Below, one piece after another: positions 1-11,879 of a DNA stretch of 64,000 nucleotides. Position numbers and translations under genes: made by a program. Positions within the stretch are counted from its first letter, which is position 1. Every line of letters starts with the position of its first letter. The stretch spans positions 5,952,001 through 6,016,000 of the forward strand of contig OZ024759.1 in the NCBI GenBank assembly GCA_964016885.1, written 5' to 3'. Source of the DNA: Eledone cirrhosa (taxonomy: Eukaryota). The notes beneath the pieces are model-generated. The model did no database searches and had not been told where the DNA came from. It saw nothing but the letters and a program-made list of their open reading frames with translations.

Positions 1-3000
1 ATTTAAGTCATGGTATTAGTTGTCAGAAGTAACTCCAATGTTGGTGAGAATTCATTTAAGTTCATGTTATTAGCTGTCAGAAGTAACTCCACTGTTGGTG
101 AGAATTCATTTAAGTTCATGGTATTAGCTGTCAGAAGTAACTCCACTGTTGGTGAGAATTCATTTAAGTTCATGGTATTAGTTTGTCAGAAGTAACTCCA
201 CTGTTGGTGAGAATTCATTTAAGTCATGGTATTAGCTGTCAGAAGTAACTCCACTGTTGGTGAGAATTCATTTAAGTTCATGGTACTAGCTGTCAGAAGT
301 AACTCCACTGTTCGTGAGAATTCATTTAAGTCATGGTATTAGTTGTCAAAAGTAACTCCAATGTTGGTGAGAATTCATTTAAGTTCATGGTACTAGCTGT
401 CAGAAGTAACTCCACTGTTGGTGAGAATTCATTTAAGTTCATGGTATTAGCTGTCAGAAGTAACTCCACTGTTGGTGAGAATTCATTTAAGTCATGGTAT
501 TAGCTGTCAGAAGTAACTCCAATGTTGGTGAGAATTCATTTAAGTCATGGTACTAGCTGTCAGAAGTAACTCCAATGTTGGTGAGAATTCATTTAAGTTC
601 ATGGTATTAGCTGTCAGAAGGAACTCCACTGTTGGTGAGAATTCATTTAAGTTCATGGTATTAGCTGTCAGAAGTAACTCCACTGTTGGTGAGAATTCAT
701 TTAAGTCATGGTATTAGCTGTCAGAAGTAACTCCAATGTTGGTGAGAATTCATTTAAGTTCATGGTACTAGCTGTCAGAAGTAACTCCACTGTTGGTGAG
801 AATTCATTTAAGTTCATGGTATTAGTTGTCAGAAGTAACTCCACTGTTGGTGAGAATTCATTTAAGTCATGGTATTAGTTGTCAGAAGTAACTCCAATGT
901 TGGTGAGAATTCATTTAAGTTCATGGTATTAGCTGTCAGAAGTAACTCCACTGTTCGTGAGAATTCATTTAAGTTCATGGTATTAGCTGTCAGAAGTAAC
1001 TCCACTGTTGGTGAGAATTCATTTAAGTTCATGGTACTAGCTGTCAGAAGTAACTCCACTGTTCGTGAGAATTCATTTAAGGCATGGTATTAGTTGTCAG
1101 AAGTAACTCCAATGTTGGTGAGAATTCATTTAAGTTCATGGTATTAGCTGTCAGAAGTAACTCCACTGTTGGTGAGAATTCATTTAAGTCATGGTATTAG
1201 CTGTCAGAAGTAACTCCAATGTTGGTGAGAATTCATTTAAGTTCATGGTATTAGCTGTCAGAAGGAACTCCACTGTTGGTGAGAATTCATTTAAGTTCAT
1301 GGTATTAGCTGTCAGAAGTAACTCCGCTGTTGGTGAGAATTCATTTAAGTTCATAGTACTAGCTGTCAGAAGTAACTCCACTGTTGGTGAGAATTCATTT
1401 AAGTCATGGTATTAGTTGTCAGAAGTAACTCCAATGTTGGTGAGAATTCATTTAAGTTCATGGTATTAGCTGTCAGAAGTAACTCCACTGTTGGTGAGAA
1501 TTCATTTAAGTTCATGGTATTAGCTGTCAGAAGTAACTCCACTGTTGGTGAGAATTCATTTAAGTTCATGGTATTAGCTGTCAGAAGTAACTCCACTGTT
1601 GGTGAGAATTCATTTAAGTTCATGGTACTAGCTGTCAGAAGTAACTCCACTGTTCGTGAGAATTCATTTAAGTCATGGTATTAGTTGTCAGAAGTAACTC
1701 CAATGTTGGTGAGAATTCATTTAAGTTCATGGTACTAGCTGTCAGAAGTAACTCCACTGTTGGTGAGAATTCATTTAAGTTCATGGTATTAGCTGTCAGA
1801 AGTAACTCCACTGTTGGTGAGAATTCATTTAAGTTCATGGTATTAGCTGTCAGAAGTAACTCCACTGTTGGTGAGAATTCATTTAAGTCATGGTATTAGC
1901 TGTCAGAAGTAACTCCAATGTTGGTGAGAATTCATTTAAGTCATGGTACTAGCTGTCAGAAGTAACTCCAATGTTGGTGAGAATTCATTTAAGTTCATGG
2001 TATTAGCTGTCAGAAGGAACTCCACTGTTGGTGAGAATTCATTTAAGTTCATGGTACTAGCTGTCAGAAGTAACTCCACTGTTGGTGAGAATTCATTTAA
2101 GTTCATGGTATTAGTTTGTCAGAGGTAACTCCACTGTTGGTGAGAATTCATTTAAGTCATGGTATTAGTTGTCAGAAGTAACTCCAATGTTGGTGAGAAT
2201 TCATTTAAGTTCATGGTATTAGCTGTCAGAAGTAACTCCACTGTTGGTGAGAATTCATTTAAGTTCATGGTATTAGCTGTCAGAAGTAACTCCACTGTTG
2301 GTGAGAATTCATTTAAGTTCATGGTATTAGCTGTCAGAATTAACTCCACTGTTGGTGAGAATTCATTTAAGTTCATGGTACTAGCTGTCAGAAGTAACTC
2401 CACTGTTCGTGAGAATTCATTTAAGTCATGGTATTAGTTGTCAGAAGTAACTCCAATGTTGGTGAGAATTCATTTAAGTTCATGGTACTAGCTGTCAGAA
2501 GTAACTCCACTGTTGGTGAGAATTCATTTAAGTTCATGGTATTAGCTGTCAGAAGTAACTCCACTGTTGGTGAGAATTCATTTAAGTTCATAGTATTAGC
2601 TGTCAGAAGTAACTCCACTGTTGGTGAGAATTCATTTAAGTCATGGTATTAGCTGTCAGAAGTAACTCCATTGTTGGTGAGAATTCATTTAAGTCATGGT
2701 ACTAGCTGTCAGAAGTAACTCCAATGTAGGTGAGAATTCATTTAAGTTCATGGTATTAGCTGTCAGAAAGAACTCCACTGTTGGTGAGAATTCATTTAAG
2801 TTCATGGTATTAGCTGTCAGAAGTAACTCCACTGTTGGTGAGAATTCATTTAAGTTCATGGTACTAGCTGTCAGAAGTAACCCCAATGTTGGTGAGAATT
2901 CATTTAAGTTCATGGTATTAGCTGTCAGAAGTCACTCCACTGTTGGTGAGAATTCATTTAAGTTCATGGTATTAGCTGTCAGAAGTAACTCCACTGTTGG

Positions 3001-6000
3001 TGAGAATTCATTTAAGTTCATGGTATTAGCTGTCAGAAGTAACTCCACTGTTGGTGAGAATTCATTTACGTTCATGGTATTAGTTTGTCAGAAGTAACTC
3101 CACTGTTGGTGAGAATTCATTTATTCATGGTATTAGCTGTCAGAAGTAACTCCACTGTTGGTGAGAATTCATTTAAGTCATGGTATTAGCTGTCAGAAGT
3201 AACTCCACTGTTGGTGAGAATTCATTTAAGTTCATGGTACTAGCTGTCAGAAGTAACTCCACTGTTGGTGAGAATTCATTTAAGTTCATGGTATTAGCTG
3301 TCAGAAGTCACTCCAATGTTGGTGAGAATTCATTTAAGTTCATGGTATTAGCTGTCAGAAGTCACTCCACTGTTGGTGAGAATTCATTTAAGTTCATGGT
3401 ACTAGCTGTCAGAAGTAACCCCAATGTTGGTGAGAATTCATTTAAGTTCATGGTATTAGCTGTCAGAAGTCACTCAAATGTTGGTGAGAATTCATTTAAG
3501 TTCATGGTATTAGCTGTCAGAAGAAACTCCACTGTTGGTGAGAATTCATTTAAGTTCATGGTATTAACTGTCAGAAGGAACTCCAATGTTGGTGAGAATT
3601 CATTTAAGTCATGGTACTAGCTGTCAGAAGTAACTCCACTGTTGGTGAGAATTCATTTAAGTTCATTTTATTAGCTGTCAGAAGGAACTCCATTGTTGGT
3701 GAGAATTCATTTAAGTCATGGTACTAGCTGTCAGAAGTAACTCCACTGTTGGTGAGAATTCATTTAAGTTCATGGTATTAGCTGTCAGAAGGAACTCCAC
3801 TGTTGGTGAGAATTCAGTTAAGTTCATGGTACTAGCTGTCAGAAGTAACTCCACTGTTGGTGAGAATTCAGTTAAGTTCATGGTATTAGTTTGTCAGAAG
3901 TAACTCCACTGTTGGTGAGAATTCATTTAAGTCATGGTATTAGTTGTCAGAAGTAACTCCAATGTTGGTGAGAATTCATTTAAGTCATGGTACTAGCTGT
4001 CAGAAGTAACTCCAATGTTGGTGAGAATTCATTTAAGTTCATGGTATTAGCTGTCAGAAGGAACTCCACTGTTGGTGAGAATTCATTTAAGTTCATGGTA
4101 TTAGCTGTCAGAAGTAACTCCACTGTTGGTGAGAATTCATTTAAGTTCATGGTACTAGCTGTCAGAAGTAACTCCACTGTTGGTGAGAATTCATTTAAGT
4201 TCATGGTATTAGCTGTCAGAAGTAACTCCACTGTTGGTGAGAATTCATTTAAGTCATGGTATGAGCTGTCAGAAGTAACTCCAATGTTGGTGAGAATTCA
4301 TTTAAGTTCATGGTATTAGCTGTCAGAAGTAACTCCACTGTTGGTGAGAATTCACTTAAGTTCATGGTATTAGCTGTCAGAAGTAACTCCACTGTTGGTG
4401 AGAATTCATTTAAGTTCATGGTACTAGCTGTCAGAAGTAACTCCACTGTTGGTGAGAATTCATTTAAGTTCATGGTATTAGTTTGTCAGAAGTAACTCCA
4501 CTGTTGGTGAGAATTCATTTAAGTCATGGTATTAGTTGTCAGAAGTAACTCCAATGTTGGTGAGAATTCATTTAAGTTCATGGTACTAGCTGTCAGAAGT
4601 AACTCCAATGTTGGTGAGAATTCATTTAAGTTCATGGTATTAGCTGTCAGAAGTAACTCCACTGTTGGTGAGAATTCATTTAAGTCATGGTATTAGCTGT
4701 CAGAAGTAACTCCAATGTTGGTGAGAATTCATTTAAGTTCATGGTATTAGCTGTCAGATGTAACTCCACTGTTGGTGAGAATTCATTTAGGTTCATGGTA
4801 CTAGCTGTCAGAAGTAACTCCACTGTTCGTGAGAATTCATTTAAGTCATGGTATTAGTTGTCAAAGGTAACTCCAATGTTGGTGAGAATTCATTTAAGTT
4901 CATGGTACTAGCTGTCAGAAGTAACTCCACTGTTGGTGAGAATTCATTTAAGTTCATGGTATTAGCTGTCAGAAGTAACTCCACTGTTGGTGAGAATTCA
5001 TTTAAGTCATGGTATTAGTTGTCAGAAGTAACTCCAATGTTGGTGAGAATTCATTTAAGTTCATGGTACTAGCTGTCAGAAGTAACTCCAATGTTGGTGA
5101 GAATTCATTTAAGTTCATGGTATTAGCTGTCAGAAGTAACTCCACTGTTGGTGAGAATTCATTTAAGTCATGGTATTAGCTGTCAGAAGTAACTCCAATG
5201 TTGGTGAGAATTCATTTAAGTTCATGGTATTAGCTGTCAGAAGTAACTCCACTGTTGGTGAGAATTCATTTAAGTTCATGGTATTAGCTGTCAGATGTAA
5301 CTCCACTGTTGGTGAGAATTCATTTAAGTTCATGGTACTAGCTGTCAGAAGTAACTCCACTGTTCGTGAGAATTCATTTAAGTCATGGTATTAGTTGTCA
5401 AAGGTAACTCCAATGTTGGTGAGAATTCATTTAAGTTCATGGTACTAGCTGTCAGAAGTAACTCCACTGTTGGTGAGAATTCATTTAAGTTCATGGTATT
5501 AGCTGTCAGAAGTAACTCCACTGTTGGTGAGAATTCATTTAAGTCATGGTATTAGCTGTCAGAAGTAACTCCAATGTTGGTGAGAATTCATTTAAGTCAT
5601 GGTACTAGCTGTCAGAAGTAACTCCAATGTTGGTGAGAATTCATTTAAGTTCATGGTATTAGCTGTCAGAAGTAACTCCACTGTTGGTGAGAATTCATTT
5701 AAGTTCATGGTATTAGCTGTCAGAAGTAACTCCACTGTTGGTGAGAATTCATTTAAGTCATGGTATTAGTTGTCAGAAGTAACTCCAATGTTGGTGAGAA
5801 TTCATTTAAGTTCATGGTACTAGCTGTCAGAAGTAACTCCACTGTTGGTGAGAATTCATTTAAGTTCATGGTATTATTTGTCAGAAGTAACTCCACTGTT
5901 GGTGAGAATTCATTTAAGTCATGGTATTAGTTGTCAGAAGTAACTCCAATGTGAGAATTCATTTAAGTTCATGGTACTAGCTGTCAGAAGTAACTCCACT

Positions 6001-9000
6001 GTTGGTGAGAATTCATTTAAGTTCATGGTATTAGCTGTCAGAAGTAACTCCACTGTTGGTGAGAATTCATTTAAGTCATGGTATTAGCTGTCAGAATTAA
6101 CTCCATTGTTGGTGAGAATTCATTTAAGTCATGGTACTAGCTGTCAGAAGTAACTCCACTGTTGGTGAGAATTCATTTAAGTTCATGGTATTAGCTGTCA
6201 GAAGGAACTCCACTGTTGGTGAGAATTCATTTAAGTTCATGGTACTAGCTGTCAGAAGTAACTCCACTGTTGGTGAGAATTCATTTAAGTTCATGGTATT
6301 AGTTTGTCAGAAGTAACACCACTGTTGGTGAGAATTCATTTAAGTCATGGTATTAGTTGTCAGAAGTAACTCCAATGTTGGTGAGAATTCATTTAAGTTC
6401 ATGTTATTAGCTGTCAGAAGTAACTCCACTGTTGGTGAGAATTCATTTAAGTTCATGGTATTAGCTGTCAGAAGTAACTCCACTGTTGGTGAGAATTCAT
6501 TTAAGTTCATGGTATTAGTTTGTCAGAAGTAACTCCACTGTTGGTGAGAATTCATTTAAGTCATGGTATTAGCTGTCAGAAGTAACTCCACTGTTGGTGA
6601 GAATTCATTTAAGTTCATGGTACTAGCTGTCAGAAGTAACTCCACTGTTCGTGAGAATTCATTTAAGTCATGGTATTAGTTGTCAAAAGTAACTCCAATG
6701 TTGGTGAGAATTCATTTAAGTTCATGGTACTAGCTGTCAGAAGTAACTCCACTGTTGGTGAGAATTCATTTAAGTTCATGGTATTAGCTGTCAGAAGTAA
6801 CTCCACTGTTGGTGAGAATTCATTTAAGTCATGGTATTAGCTGTCAGAAGTAACTCCAATGTTGGTGAGAATTCATTTAAGTCATGGTACTAGCTGTCAG
6901 AAGTAACTCCAATGTTGGTGAGAATTCATTTAAGTTCATGGTATTAGCTGTCAGAAGGAACTCCACTGTTGGTGAGAATTCATTTAAGTTCATGGTATTA
7001 GCTGTCAGAAGTAACTCCACTGTTGGTGAGAATTCATTTAAGTCATGGTATTAGCTGTCAGAAGTAACTCCAATGTTGGTGAGAATTCATTTAAGTTCAT
7101 GGTACTAGCTGTCAGAAGTAACTCCACTGTTGGTGAGAATTCATTTAAGTTCATGGTATTAGTTGTCAGAAGTAACTCCACTGTTGGTGAGAATTCATTT
7201 AAGTCATGGTATTAGTTGTCAGAAGTAACTCCAATGTTGGTGAGAATTCATTTAAGTTCATGGTATTAGCTGTCAGAAGTAACTCCACTGTTCGTGAGAA
7301 TTCATTTAAGTTCATGGTATTAGCTGTCAGAAGTAACTCCACTGTTGGTGAGAATTCATTTAAGTTCATGGTACTAGCTGTCAGAAGTAACTCCACTGTT
7401 CGTGAGAATTCATTTAAGGCATGGTATTAGTTGTCAGAAGTAACTCCAATGTTGGTGAGAATTCATTTAAGTTCATGGTATTAGCTGTCAGAAGTAACTC
7501 CACTGTTGGTGAGAATTCATTTAAGTCATGGTATTAGCTGTCAGAAGTAACTCCAATGTTGGTGAGAATTCATTTAAGTTCATGGTATTAGCTGTCAGAA
7601 GGAACTCCACTGTTGGTGAGAATTCATTTAAGTTCATGGTATTAGCTGTCAGAAGTAACTCCGCTGTTGGTGAGAATTCATTTAAGTTCATAGTACTAGC
7701 TGTCAGAAGTAACTCCACTGTTGGTGAGAATTCATTTAAGTCATGGTATTAGTTGTCAGAAGTAACTCCAATGTTGGTGAGAATTCATTTAAGTCATGGT
7801 ATTAGTTGTCAGAAGTAACTCCAATGTTGGTGAGAATTCATTTAAGTTCATGGTACTAGCTGTCAGAAGTAACTCCACTGTTGGTGAGAATTCATTTAAG
7901 TTCATGGTATTAGCTGTCAGAAGTAACTCCACTGTTGGTGAGAATTCATTTAAGTCATGGTATTAGCTGTCAGAAGTAACTCCATTGTTGGTGAGAATTC
8001 ATTTAAGTCATGGTACTAGCTGTCAGAAATAACTCCACTGTGGGTGAGAATTCATTTAAGTTCATGGTATTAGCTGTCAGAAGGAACTCCACTGTTGGTG
8101 AGAATTCATTTAAGTTCATGGTATTAGCTGTCAGAAGTAACTCCACTGTTGGTGAGAATTCATTTAAGTTCATGGTACTAGCTGTCAGAAGTAACTCCAC
8201 TGTTGGTGAGAATTCATTTAAGTTCATGGTATTAGCTGTCAGAAGTAACTCCACTGTTGGTGAGAATTCATTTAAGTTCATGGTATTAGCTGTCAGAAGT
8301 AACTCCACTGTTGGTGAGAATTCATTTAAGTTCATGGTACTAGCTGTCAGAAGTAACTCCACTGTTCGTGAGAATTCATTTAAGTCATGGTATTAGTTGT
8401 CAGAAGTAACTCCAATGTTGGTGAGAATTCATTTAAGTTCATGGTACTAGCTGTCAGAAGTAACTCCACTGTTGGTGAGAATTCATTTAAGTTCATGGTA
8501 TTAGCTGTCAGAAGTAACTCCACTGTTGGTGAGAATTCATTTAAGTTCATGGTATTAGCTGTCAGAAGTAACTCCACTGTTGGTGAGAATTCATTTAAGT
8601 CATGGTATTAGCTGTCAGAAGTAACTCCAATGTTGGTGAGAATTCATTTAAGTCATGGTACTAGCTGTCAGAAGTAACTCCAATGTTGGTGAGAATTCAT
8701 TTAAGTTCATGGTATTAGCTGTCAGAAGGAACTCCACTGTTGGTGAGAATTCATTTAAGTTCATGGTACTAGCTGTCAGAAGTAACTCCACTGTTGGTGA
8801 GAATTCATTTAAGTTCATGGTATTAGTTTGTCAGAGGTAACTCCACTGTTGGTGAGAATTCATTTAAGTCATGGTATTAGTTGTCAGAAGTAACTCCAAT
8901 GTTGGTGAGAATTCATTTAAGTTCATGGTATTAGCTGTCAGAAGTAACTCCACTGTTGGTGAGAATTCATTTAAGTTCATGGTATTAGCTGTCAGAAGTA

Positions 9001-9720
9001 ACTCCACTGTTGGTGAGAATTCATTTAAGTTCATGGTATTAGCTGTCAGAATTAACTCCACTGTTGGTGAGAATTCATTTAAGTTCATGGTACTAGCTGT
9101 CAGAAGTAACTCCACTGTTCGTGAGAATTCATTTAAGTCATGGTATTAGTTGTCAGAAGTAACTCCAATGTTGGTGAGAATTCATTTAAGTTCATGGTAC
9201 TAGCTGTCAGAAGTAACTCCACTGTTGGTGAGAATTCATTTAAGTTCATGGTATTAGCTGTCAGAAGTAACTCCACTGTTGGTGAGAATTCATTTAAGTC
9301 ATGGTATTAGCTGTCAGAAGTAACTCCAATGTTGGTGAGAATTCATTTAAGTCATGGTACTAGCTGTCAGAAGTAACTCCAATGTAGGTGAGAATTCATT
9401 TAAGTTCATGGTATTAGCTGTCAGAAAGAACTCCACTGTTGGTGAGAATTCATTTAAGTTCATGGTATTAGCTGTCAGAAGTAACTCCACTGTTGGTGAG
9501 AATTCATTTAAGTTCATGGTACTAGCTGTCAGAAGTAACCCCAATGTTGGTGAGAATTCATTTAAGTTCATGGTATTAGCTGTCAGAAGTCACTCCACTG
9601 TTGGTGAGAATTCATTTAAGTTCATGGTATTAGCTGTCAGAAGTAACTCCACTGTTGGTGAGAATTCATTTAAGTTCATGGTATTAGCTGTCAGAAGTAA
9701 CTCCACTGTTGGTGAGAATT
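1..9720 (+). repeat. Long-range duplication within the array: ~1-3050 copied at ~6338-9720 (offset 6337, then 6712, then 6658)
   Basis: Rare alleles recur in the same order: ATGTTATTAG (64/6401), GTCAAAAGT (~345/6682), TAAGGCATGG (1078/7415), CCGCTG (1324/7661), AGAATTAAC (~2336/9048), AATGTAGG (~2723/9381). ORF pairs 10/6347, 869/7206, 1191/7528, 1675/8387, 2159/8871 and 2696/9354 give the same offsets. Confidence 0.9.
4524..5543 (+). repeat. Local tandem duplication: 9-monomer unit (483 bp) followed by 10-monomer copy (537 bp)
   Basis: The order AGATGTAAC, GTTCGTG, GTCAAAGGTAAC occurs at ~4757-4870 and ~5294-5408. The second copy has one extra monomer. Confidence 0.85.
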
Positions 9721-11870
9721 CATTTAAGTTCATGGTATTAGCTGTCAGAAGTAACACCATTGTTGGTGAGAATTCATTTAAGTCATGGTACTAGCTGTCA
9801 GAGTAACTCCACTGTTGGTGAGAATTCATTTAAGTTCATAGTACTAGCTGTCAGAAGGAACTCCACTGTTGGTGAGAATTCATTTAAGTTCATGGTATTA
9901 GCTGTCAGAAGTAACTCCAATGTTGGTGAGAATTCATTTAAGTTCATGGTATTAGCTGTCAGAAGTAACTCCACTGTTGGTGAGAATTCATTTAAGTTCA
10001 TGGTATTAGCTGTCAGAAGTAACTCCACTGTTGCTGAGAATTCATTTAAGTTCATGGTATTAGCTGTCAGAAGTAACTCCACTGTTGGTGAGAATTCATT
10101 TAAGTTCATGGTATTAGCTGTCAGAAGTAACTCCACTGTTGGTGAGAATTCATTTAAGTTCATGGTACTAGCTGTCAGAAGTAACTCCACTGTTCGTGAG
10201 AATTCATTTAAGTCATGGTATTAGTTGTCAGAAGTAACTCCAATGTTGGTGAGAATTCATTTAAGTTCATGGTACTAGCTGTCAGAAGTAACTCCACTGT
10301 TGGTGAGAATTCATTTAAGTTCATGGTATTAGCTGTCAGAAGTAACTCCACTGTTGGTGAGAATTCATTTAAGTTCATGGTATTAGCTGTCAGAAGTAAC
10401 TCCACTGTTGGTGAGAATTCATTTAAGTCATGGTATTAGCTGTCAGAAGTAACTCCAATGTTGGTGAGAATTCATTTAAGTCATGGTACTAGCTGTCAGA
10501 AGTAACTCCAATGTTGGTGAGAATTCATTTAAGTTCATGGTATTAGCTGTCAGAAGGAACTCCACTGTTGGTGAGAATTCATTTAAGTTCATGGTACTAG
10601 CTGTCAGAAGTAACTCCACTGTTGGTGAGAATTCATTTAAGTTCATGGTATTAGTTTGTCAGAAGTAACTCCACTGTTGGTGAGAATTCATTTAAGTCAT
10701 GGTATTAGTTGTCAGAAGTAACTCCAATGTTGGTGAGAATTCATTTAAGTTCATGGTATTAGCTGTCAGAAGTAACTCCACTGTTGGTGAGAATTCATTT
10801 AAGTTCATGGTATTAGCTGTCAGAAGTAACTCCACTGTTGGTGAGAATTCATTTAAGTTCATGGTACTAGCTGTCAGAAGTAACTCCACTGTTCGTGAGA
10901 ATTCATTTAAGTCATGGTATTAGTTGTCAGAAGTAACTCCAATGTTGGTGAGAATTCATTTAAGTTCATGGTACTAGTTGTCAGAAGTAACTCCACTGTT
11001 GGTGAGAATTCATTTAAGTTCATGGTATTAGCTGTCAGAAGTAACTCCACTGTTGGTGAGAATTCATTTAAGTTCATGGTATTAGCTGTCAGAAGTAACT
11101 CCACTGTTGGTGAGAATTCATTTAAGTCATGGTATTAGCTGTCAGAAGTAACTCCAATGTTGGTGAGAATTCATTTAAGTCATGGTACTAGCTGTCAGAA
11201 GTAACTCCAATGTTGGTGAGAATTCATTTAAGTTAATGGTATTAGCTGTCAGAAGGAACTCCACTGTTGGTGAGAATTCATTTAAGTTCATGGTATTAGC
11301 TGTCAGAAGTAACTCCACTGTTGGTGAGAATTCATTTAAGTTCATGGTACTAGCTGTCAGAAGTAACCCCAATGTTGGTGAGAATTCATTTAAGTTCATG
11401 GTATTAGCTGTCAGAAGTCACTCCACTGTTGGTGAGAATTCATTTAAGTTCATGGTATTAGCTGTCAGAAGTAACTCCACTGTTGGTGAGAATTCATTTA
11501 GGTTCATGGTATTAGCTGTCAGAAGTAACTCCACTGTTGGTGAGAATTCATTTAAGTTCATGGTATTAGCTGTCAGAGGTAACTCCATTGTTGGTGAGAA
11601 TTCATTTAAGTCATGGTACTAGCTGTCAGAAGTAACTCCACTGTTGGTGAGAATTCATTTAAGTTCATTGTACTAGCTGTCAGAAGGAACTCCACTGTTG
11701 GTGAGAATTCATTTAAGTTCATGGTATTAGCTGTCAGAAGTAACTCCAATGTTGGTGAGAATTCATTTAAGTTCATGGTATTAGCTGTCAGAAGTAACTC
11801 CACTGTTGGTGAGAATTCATTTAAGTTCATGGTATTAGCTGTCAGAAGTAACTCCACTGTTGCTGAGAAT
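8387..11870 (+). repeat. Imperfect ~1828-bp (34-monomer) tandem duplication
   Basis: ORF pairs 8387/10215, 8655/10483, 8871/10699 and 9354/11182 are all offset by 1828. TTGCTGAG lies at 10031/11860, and the 55-bp monomer at ~8825/10653. Confidence 0.8.
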
Positions 11871-11879
11871 TCATTTAAG

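Noticed and set aside
31-52. Hairpin or dyad AACTCCAATGTTGGTGAGAATT as a terminator or structured RNA
   Set aside because: Only a 3-4 bp perfect stem (CCAA/TTGG) with bulges, weaker in the majority CCACTG allele. There is no U-tract and no covariation.
311-327. CENP-B box in the GTTCGTGAGAATTCATT variant
   Set aside because: It matches TTCG and the downstream A of the core TTCGNNNNANNCGGG but lacks CGGG entirely (5 of 9 core bases).
4786-4791. TTTAGG/TTAGG telomere-like motifs
   Set aside because: These are isolated single-base variants of TTTAAG and never occur in tandem.
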